A stretch of DNA of 13,334 nt from Candidatus Hydrogenedentota bacterium (lineage in GTDB: Bacteria; Hydrogenedentota; Hydrogenedentia; Hydrogenedentales; GCA-2746185), in the NCBI GenBank assembly GCA_046583315.1, contig JAYGCN010000305.1, positions 1 through 13,334 on the forward strand. Direction: 5' to 3'. This document shows positions 8,180 to 13,334 of this stretch, piece by piece. The stretch's first letter is position 1, and every line of letters starts with the position of its first letter. The position numbers and the translations under genes are program-made. The notes below the pieces were generated by a model that was not told the DNA's origin, ran no database searches, and saw only the letters and a list, made by a program, of their open reading frames with translations.

Positions 8180-8464
8180 CTAGGAGGTACCGGGCGAATC
8201 TTTCGTAGCCGCTTTCTTCTTCGTAGCCGCTTTCTTTTTCGTAGCCGCTTTCTTTTTCGTAGCCGCTTTTTTCTTTGTAGCCTTCTTTTTCACCGCACGC
8301 TTTTTTAGTGAAGGCTTCTTTTTGGCCTTGGCTTTTGCGGCTGGTATGAAACCAATTACCTCGAGGGGAGAATCGTCGCAGTCGGGGCATTTGAATTCGA
8401 GTTTCTCGGCACCCCAGTCGACGAATTTACGTTCACATTGAGAGCAGATGTACTTGGACGCCAT
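8180..8464 (-). CDS. Small zinc-ribbon protein with a Lys/Ala-rich histone H1-like tail (94 aa)
   Basis: ATG 8464 follows RBS AAAGGGG. N-terminus MASKYICSQCERKFVDWGAEKLEFKCPDC contains two CxxC motifs, followed by KKKAAT repeats. The longer 8827 start in the track overlaps another gene. Confidence 0.75.
   Translation of the reverse strand: MASKYICSQCERKFVDWGAEKLEFKCPDCDDSPLEVIGFIPAAKAKAKKKPSLKKRAVKKKATKKKAATKKKAATKKKAATKKKAATKDSPGTS
8201..8290. repeat. 18-bp tandem repeat (4 full copies plus 1 degenerate) encoding KKKAAT
   Basis: Units resembling TTTCGTAGCCGCTTTCTT start at 8201, 8219, 8237 and 8255, with a degenerate unit at 8273. Confidence 0.9.
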
Positions 8465-8577
8465 CGCAGCGTACCCCTTTCGGATTGATATAGTAGTCAG
8501 ATTCGATGGAAATCGAAAGGGGATTATAGCAAATACGGGGTATCCAAGTGAAGAGCGGCGTACTAAGGGATGATTGC

Positions 8578-8982
8578 CTAGTTCTCGACCTTCTCGCCAG
8601 TCGTGCTGTTGAGATGCAACAGCGTCCAGATCCCGATTCCCGTCATGAGTCCGGTGAAGGCGATGATCTCGACCCACCAGACTTCTGCCGTGTGCAGCAT
8701 CTGGGTGTAGTACATCAGAAAACCGGGAAGGGTTTCGTAGAGGGAACTGTAAATCGCTCCGAGCACCATGTAAAGCGTCGCTGACCCGAATGCGAGGGTA
8801 TAGGCGGCTACCCCGACGAGCATGCACATCCGATAACGATTGCGCTCGACCTGAATCTGGGCCGCTACACGCAGATTGCTATCCACCATGCGATGAAAGC
8901 CGAAGGGTACGGAGCGCATGCGTTCTGTTTTGAGGGCGGAATCGATAAAGTCGTCAATGTTATCAAAGTCGGTGTGTTTCAT
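8578..8982 (-). CDS. Putative membrane anti-sigma factor (134 aa, about 2 TM)
   Basis: The ATG overlaps the sigma gene stop (ATGA, 8982-8979). A short cytoplasmic helix (IDDFIDSALKTERMRSVPFGFHRMV) precedes two hydrophobic segments. The position is typical of an ECF anti-sigma gene. Confidence 0.65.
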   Translation of the reverse strand: MKHTDFDNIDDFIDSALKTERMRSVPFGFHRMVDSNLRVAAQIQVERNRYRMCMLVGVAAYTLAFGSATLYMVLGAIYSSLYETLPGFLMYYTQMLHTAEVWWVEIIAFTGLMTGIGIWTLLHLNSTTGEKVEN

Positions 8983-9578
8983 GATGTGGCACCCCCAAAC
9001 CGCTCTTCGACGATGACCTTGAGCTCTTTGCGAGCGCGGAACATCCATGTTTTGAGCGTGCCGATCGGTATTTCCATGACTTGCGCGATTTCGTCGTAGG
9101 GCGTTTCGTTCAGGTAGTATAGGGTAATGATCGTCGCATATTTATCCGGGAGCTGGGTGACGCACTGCCGCACGAGTTCGGCCTCGTCACTGTCCTGGGC
9201 CTTATTCGATTCGTAACTGCCTTCATGGTGGGGGCGTAATTCCACTTCACCGCGTTTTTTGCGTTTGGCGAGTTCGGTGAGGCACACGCTTCCGGTGACC
9301 TTGTACATCCAGGTGGAGAAGCTGCAGTCTCCGCGAAATCCCTTGAGCAGCCGGAATCCTTTCAGGAATGCTTCTTGCGCCATGTCTTCGGCACGGTTTG
9401 ATTCGCGCATGTAGCGGTAGGCCAGGTTGTACACACGATGCTGATGACGGCGCACGAGCTCAGAGAACGCATCCGAATTTCCGGTCTGCGCCTTCTTTAC
9501 CAGTTCCTCATCGGAGAGCTCGTCGTGCTCAGCTTTCATATACCGGGGCCACTGCCTTAATGCTGTCGCGTTCATCAT
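8979..9578 (-). CDS. ECF sigma-70 family RNA polymerase sigma factor (SigW/RpoE-like)
   Basis: Region 2: DEELVKKAQTGNSDAFSELVRRHQHRVYNLAYRY..AEDMAQEAFLK..FSTWMYKV. Region 4: LPDKYATIITLYYLNETPYDEIAQVMEIPIGTLKTWMFRAR. RBS GAGG precedes ATG 9578/9575. Confidence 0.95.
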   Translation of the reverse strand: MMNATALRQWPRYMKAEHDELSDEELVKKAQTGNSDAFSELVRRHQHRVYNLAYRYMRESNRAEDMAQEAFLKGFRLLKGFRGDCSFSTWMYKVTGSVCLTELAKRKKRGEVELRPHHEGSYESNKAQDSDEAELVRQCVTQLPDKYATIITLYYLNETPYDEIAQVMEIPIGTLKTWMFRARKELKVIVEERFGGATS

Positions 9579-9681
9579 GCCGCCTCGTGCGCTCCAATCG
9601 TGCCATTCATCGCCGGGAAGTTCAACCCTAAGCCGAATTCAGCCGATTCTGTCGAGTTTTCTGTACGTTTCATAGTGATTC

Positions 9682-9708
9682 GACTGGTGTTTTGCAGGTT
9701 GGGTTTCA
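9682..9708 (-). promoter_or_regulatory. Possible ECF autoregulatory promoter
   Basis: Minus strand TGAAAC-N17-AGTC about 105 nt upstream of the sigma start, resembling SigW-type TGAAAC/CGT(A/C). Confidence 0.3.
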
Positions 9709-9760
9709 GCAACTGCATAACGCGATCCTTAGCTAGCACTCCCTGATTAGCTGCGCGATC

Positions 9761-9810
9761 GTTGCGGGGTGTTGGGTTAGGTTGGGAATCGTTGATGTGG
9801 GAAACAATGG
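9761..9810 (+). repeat. Helically phased GTTG(G) array
   Basis: GTTG occurs at 9761, 9771, 9781 and 9791 (exact 10-bp period), followed by GTGGGAAACAATGG. Confidence 0.55.
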
Positions 9811-9839
9811 TCTGTATCTCATACTGCCGATGTGGATCA

Positions 9840-9892
9840 GTACAAAAATGTGCACGGCTGAGTAGAGCTCGCGTACTTGGACAAAATTGTAC
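9840..9892 (+). promoter_or_regulatory. Candidate bEBP enhancer (UAS) pair
   Basis: Two similar near-palindromes, GTACAAAAATGTGC (9840) and GGACAAAATTGTAC (9879), 39 bp apart and about 65-120 bp upstream of the sigma54 box, separated from it by an AT-rich tract. Confidence 0.45.
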
Positions 9893-9957
9893 GAGGATTC
9901 TACTCAAAGTGGTTAAGGATCTTCAAATATACTATATATTGCGTATTTTACAATAAT

Positions 9958-9973
9958 TGGCATGAAATTTGCT
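9958..9973 (+). promoter_or_regulatory. Sigma54 (RpoN) -24/-12 promoter
   Basis: TGGCATGAAATTTGCT matches TGGCAY-N5-TTGCW with exact GG-N10-GC spacing, in AT-rich intergenic DNA. Confidence 0.75.
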
Positions 9974-10022
9974 CATAGTTGTCAATAATTAACTAAACCG
10001 TATCTGAAATGGGGCAGGCAAC

Positions 10023-10193
10023 ATGCGGAATTCAAAGAAGACGCCAAAAAGAACCATCACGCACTCGCGAGTGAAAATGTGGTACCTGACCACATTATGC
10101 AAACAGAAAATTTCCACCATCTACTGTTCGCCTTCGATTAGCTTCGTTGGCATGATGTTCTACACGCGTACCTGGGTACTGATTAGCGGGTAA
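10023..10193 (+). CDS. Possible 56-aa small protein downstream of the sigma54 promoter
   Basis: MRNSKKTPKRTITHSRVKMWYLTTLCKQKISTIYCSPSISFVGMMFYTRTWVLISG*. ATG lies 50 nt after the -12 box, with a weak RBS (GGGGCAGG). No recognisable family. Confidence 0.3.
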   Translation: MRNSKKTPKRTITHSRVKMWYLTTLCKQKISTIYCSPSISFVGMMFYTRTWVLISG

Positions 10194-10287
10194 CCCCCGA
10201 CCCCACCGTTACCACAGGTCGTATTATCCAATCGCTATCGAAAGACGCTTTGTAACAATCTCTTACAATGGAAAACTATTGGCATAT

Positions 10288-10324
10288 GTGAGGCGATGGT
10301 GGGGCGATGGTGGGGTATATGTGG
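10288..10324 (+). repeat. Phased GTGG array with an 11-bp tandem duplication
   Basis: GTGA/GTGG at 10288, 10299, 10310 and 10321 (11-bp period), including GGCGATGGTGG x2 at 10292-10313. Confidence 0.55.
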
Positions 10325-10385
10325 TACTGCTAAGATGTATTGTAGGGGTGTAATCGAGCCTATTATGTGGTATGATATACGTATT

Positions 10386-10497
10386 ATTCTCTATATTGTA
10401 CCGTATATGGTATACTTTCATGCTAGAGCATATTAATTCCGATTCTCTATATTGTACCATATATGGTATACTTTCATGTTAGAGCATATTAATTCCG
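10386..10497 (+). repeat. 56-bp tandem duplication (2 copies, 2 mismatches) of the collagenase promoter region
   Basis: ATTCTCTATATTGTACC(G/A)TATATGGTATACTTTCATG(C/T)TAGAGCATATTAATTCCG at 10386-10441 and 10442-10497. Each copy has an extended -10 (TG-G-TATACT). Confidence 0.9.
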
Positions 10498-10520
10498 AGC
10501 GAAGGGGAAGGGTTTTTTCT

Positions 10521-13334
10521 ATGTACAGAGTTTTGTGCGCGGTTATGAATAATATCCCGAACCTTCGAATACTCGGTTTCCTTCGGTTCTGCTTGGGGCT
10601 GACGATTGGTTACTTGGCATTCATCGGGGGAAATACAGCTGATGCTCAGGGTGCATTCGAACCTCCTTCGAAAGGTCACATGACGGGGGATGAGCTGGCA
10701 AACGCTGACAGGCCGGCGCACGGAAGGGCTTCTTCGAGTCCAAGTGTGTCCCGTTCATTGAGTTCGACATCCAGGATGCGGGAGATAGAAAAGAACACGG
10801 CATCGAAACTGTTACGGGACAAGATAACACTTGCCGGAAGCGGTCTGGCGGCGGACGCGTTGCCCGTATACACCTCGGCCCAGTTGGCCGCGATGAGTAC
10901 GAACGATTTGATTGACGCGGTTACGTCGACGGATTATGAGGGCATCCGTGCGTTGTGGACCTTTGATTCGAATGTGGCTACGGTAATTAGCGAGTCGAAT
11001 GTTGACGTATTTGTGGCGCGGATGGTGACCGAAAGCGCTGATTTGTCCTGGAATGCGAGCAGTATTTATCAGATTTTAGTGTATTTGCACATAGCCGCGT
11101 ATCACGAATTTTGGGAAGCGTCGGTGAGTTACTCTAGCGCGATGCATGATGATGTGGACAGCGCGTTGCAGGGAGTTGCGGCATCGGGCGATTTTTTGAC
11201 GGCTGGTGCCACGCTCGCGCTCGTTCGGCAGGAATGGTGTATTGCCGTGGATGTCTGGGAGTCTATGCTTTTGGTTCTCGATGATCTCGACGCGCTGCTG
11301 GTACGCTACAATAATGATGCATCGCTTCAGACGAACTATGACGAAACGTTTGCGATCTACTATTTGTTCGGCGGTGTCACGCGGAATATGGCGAATCACA
11401 CAGCTGATTGGCAAAATGTACTGAGCAGTACCTTCGTTAGCGAAACCGGTGTTTTTGCGAATTCGACGACGATGGATCCGGATGCCGAATATTTGGTGTC
11501 GTGGGGCATTTATGCGCTGGGTCGAATGGATGAACTGGATGCGCCTACAGTATCGGCGGCGCACCAACTGCTATCCGATGCCTACGCCGCGCACACGCCG
11601 TATGAATACAATTGGTTATCGATCGTGTCGAACCTTGAATTCTTTTATAGTTCCACCTTGTCGGATACGACGGTATTGGATGTAGCGCAAATCCGGGTAG
11701 ATGTGGAGGCGATCGCGTTCCCGAATCAGTATTCGTTCGACGGTGGAAAGCTTTTGTATTACACGCCATTGCCGTTAACGAAAATCAATGATTTATATGA
11801 CGCGCAGCAGGAAGTTGAAAGCCAGTATCGCCGACTGTCCACAAATCTGGATCCTGTCGCCGGGGATACGAATCAGGTGCTGCATATGCGCATCTACGGC
11901 AGTCCGGCCGATTATGCCACGTATCAGTTCTTTTTGTATGGATTGAATACGAATAACGGCGGAATCTATATCGAACCCTGGGGGACTTTCTTTACCTATG
12001 ATCGCGCGCCGCAGGAGAGTATTTACACGCTCGAAGAATTGACGCGGCATGAGTATGTCCATTACCTGGATTCGCGTTATGGGATTGAAGGTAATTGGGG
12101 CGCAGCGGGTACGTTGTATGATAATAATCGAATGGTCTGGTGGGATGAGGGCTTCGCCGAATTCATTGCGGGAAGTACGCGTGACCAAAAGGTTCTGCCG
12201 CGGCGTTCACTGGTGCAGAATATCGCGACGGATGATACCCGGATGACGATCGATGAATTGATCGGGACAACTTATAATAACGGCTTTAAGTTTTATCGTT
12301 ATGGGGGTACGTTCTTCAATTTCCTCTTTGAAGGATCCGTCGCACGGTACGAAATCATCGGCAATCTGATGAAGGTGATTCGCTCGAATGATGCGGCCGC
12401 CGTGGATGCTGCTTTTGCCGCGCTCGAATTGGATGCGGCATTGCAGACCGATTTTGATTCCTATCTTGATCAGCTGACCGCCGATGAATCCGCGAGCGCG
12501 CGGGCTTTCTGGGATGACGTTCCAACCGCGCATGTGAGTGGGGTCTCCGGGGCGAACAGTGTGGAGATTTTGCAGCAGATCGAGGCACAAGTTTCGGTGT
12601 CACCTGGTTCTATGTTGTCAACGACGAGCGAACGGTTCCTCTTCCAGGACCTCGTATCGTTTAGCGATGGGGGGTCTCCACCGGACGAGACCTATGCGCG
12701 ACTGACCTGGGATGCTTTTCTTGACCAGCTACTGCTTGATCTTGGCGGTCGGCTTGAGAATTTTGTGTCTGCGACCGCCTGGTTTGGAGATATTGAGGTC
12801 GCGGGATCGAATTTGGAGGCGACGTATTTTCTTGAGGGCCCGTACTCGATTACGTCGACTCTTGTTATCGATCAATTCGCTGTCGGAAATGTTTCGCCCA
12901 AACACTTCGTCTACGATCCGATTCCGCTCACGGTTGATGCAACGACGACAATCGGTACGGTGGTGGATGGTTTTTCAGGCAGTGCGAATTTGTATGCCTA
13001 TGAAGGATTGGGTGGGCGGCAGCTTGCAATCGGAGAAGGAGCGACAGAGTGGCCGATGTTCCCGTTTAATACGAATGCGCACGAAAACCGAACGCAGGTA
13101 ATCTATACGGCTGCGGAAATAGGGGAAGCGGGAATTCTTGAGCGACTGGCGCTGGATGTGGCGGTGCTTCCTGACAGGGTGATGACGAATTGGACCATCC
13201 GAATGCAACATACGACATTGAATGCGTACCCGACAGATGGTTCGGCGCAATGGCAGACCGGGGGATGGACGACAGTATTTCGGCAGAACGCGAGCGTGAC
13301 CTCGTTGGGCTGGGTATGGTTCGAGCTTGATACC
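10521..13334 (+). CDS. Secreted microbial collagenase, peptidase family M9 (M9B, ColG/ColH/ColA-like), 3'-truncated
   Basis: Hand translation gives 938 codons with no stop, running off the window end, which explains its absence from the ORF track. RBS GAAGGG precedes ATG 10521 (alternative start 10545); signal peptide ends ADA|QG. M9B motifs: PNQYSFDGGK, LYDAQQEVESQY, IYGSPADY, NTNNGGIYIEPWGTFFTYDR, LEELTRHEYVHYLDSRY (HExxH at 12048-12062) and WWDEGFAEFIAGSTR (third Zn ligand Glu at 12147). Confidence 0.93.
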   Translation, partial: MYRVLCAVMNNIPNLRILGFLRFCLGLTIGYLAFIGGNTADAQGAFEPPSKGHMTGDELANADRPAHGRASSSPSVSRSLSSTSRMREIEKNTASKLLRDKITLAGSGLAADALPVYTSAQLAAMSTNDLIDAVTSTDYEGIRALWTFDSNVATVISESNVDVFVARMVTESADLSWNASSIYQILVYLHIAAYHEFWEASVSYSSAMHDDVDSALQGVAASGDFLTAGATLALVRQEWCIAVDVWESMLLVLDDLDALLVRYNNDASLQTNYDETFAIYYLFGGVTRNMANHTADWQNVLSSTFVSETGVFANSTTMDPDAEYLVSWGIYALGRMDELDAPTVSAAHQLLSDAYAAHTPYEYNWLSIVSNLEFFYSSTLSDTTVLDVAQIRVDVEAIAFPNQYSFDGGKLLYYTPLPLTKINDLYDAQQEVESQYRRLSTNLDPVAGDTNQVLHMRIYGSPADYATYQFFLYGLNTNNGGIYIEPWGTFFTYDRAPQESIYTLEELTRHEYVHYLDSRYGIEGNWGAAGTLYDNNRMVWWDEGFAEFIAGSTRDQKVLPRRSLVQNIATDDTRMTIDELIGTTYNNGFKFYRYGGTFFNFLFEGSVARYEIIGNLMKVIRSNDAAAVDAAFAALELDAALQTDFDSYLDQLTADESASARAFWDDVPTAHVSGVSGANSVEILQQIEAQVSVSPGSMLSTTSERFLFQDLVSFSDGGSPPDETYARLTWDAFLDQLLLDLGGRLENFVSATAWFGDIEVAGSNLEATYFLEGPYSITSTLVIDQFAVGNVSPKHFVYDPIPLTVDATTTIGTVVDGFSGSANLYAYEGLGGRQLAIGEGATEWPMFPFNTNAHENRTQVIYTAAEIGEAGILERLALDVAVLPDRVMTNWTIRMQHTTLNAYPTDGSAQWQTGGWTTVFRQNASVTSLGWVWFELDT

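Noticed and set aside
8067..8390. ORF with EKESGY repeats
   Set aside because: Alternative frame of the KKKAAT tandem repeat. The zinc-ribbon frame has the RBS and CxxC motifs.
8465..8827. N-terminal extension of the zinc-ribbon ORF (215 aa in the track)
   Set aside because: It overlaps the anti-sigma gene in another frame; a good RBS precedes ATG 8464.
9575..9907. 110-aa ORF with ATGA overlap onto the sigma start
   Set aside because: No recognisable features, and it runs through regulatory motifs. A short coupled leader peptide cannot be excluded but is unsupported.
10280..10295. Second sigma54 box TGGCATATGTGAGGC
   Set aside because: GG-N10-GC spacing is correct but the -12 element lacks TTGC.
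10386..10497. CRISPR array
   Set aside because: Two abutting copies with no spacer, and no cas genes.
10479..13250. Many short track ORFs on both strands in this region
   Set aside because: They are shadow ORFs of the uninterrupted collagenase frame.

Overview
Bacterial chromosomal segment (lineage not provable from the window). From left to right it holds: a 5'-truncated ABC-type permease; a secreted hypothetical protein; a DUF4034/TPR membrane protein split by a 1-nt frameshift; a MepA-like MATE efflux pump; an intergenic region with an isolated group II intron domain V-VI remnant; a GNAT acetyltransferase; a pseudo-receiver protein divergent from a secreted STN-like protein; a zinc-ribbon protein with a histone H1-like KKKAAT tail; an ECF sigma/anti-sigma pair; a ~940-bp regulatory region (sigma54 promoter with candidate enhancer sites, an unannotated 56-codon ORF, a 2x56-bp duplicated promoter); and a 3'-truncated secreted M9B clostridial-type collagenase that the ORF track missed. 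Other signals are helically phased TGGG/GTGG/GTTG arrays in three intergenic sites and a C-rich to G-rich skew switch mid-window that is independent of gene orientation. No complete new multi-gene system can be demonstrated; the best leads are the collagenase architecture with its promoter region, the phased arrays with the skew switch, and the histone-like protein.
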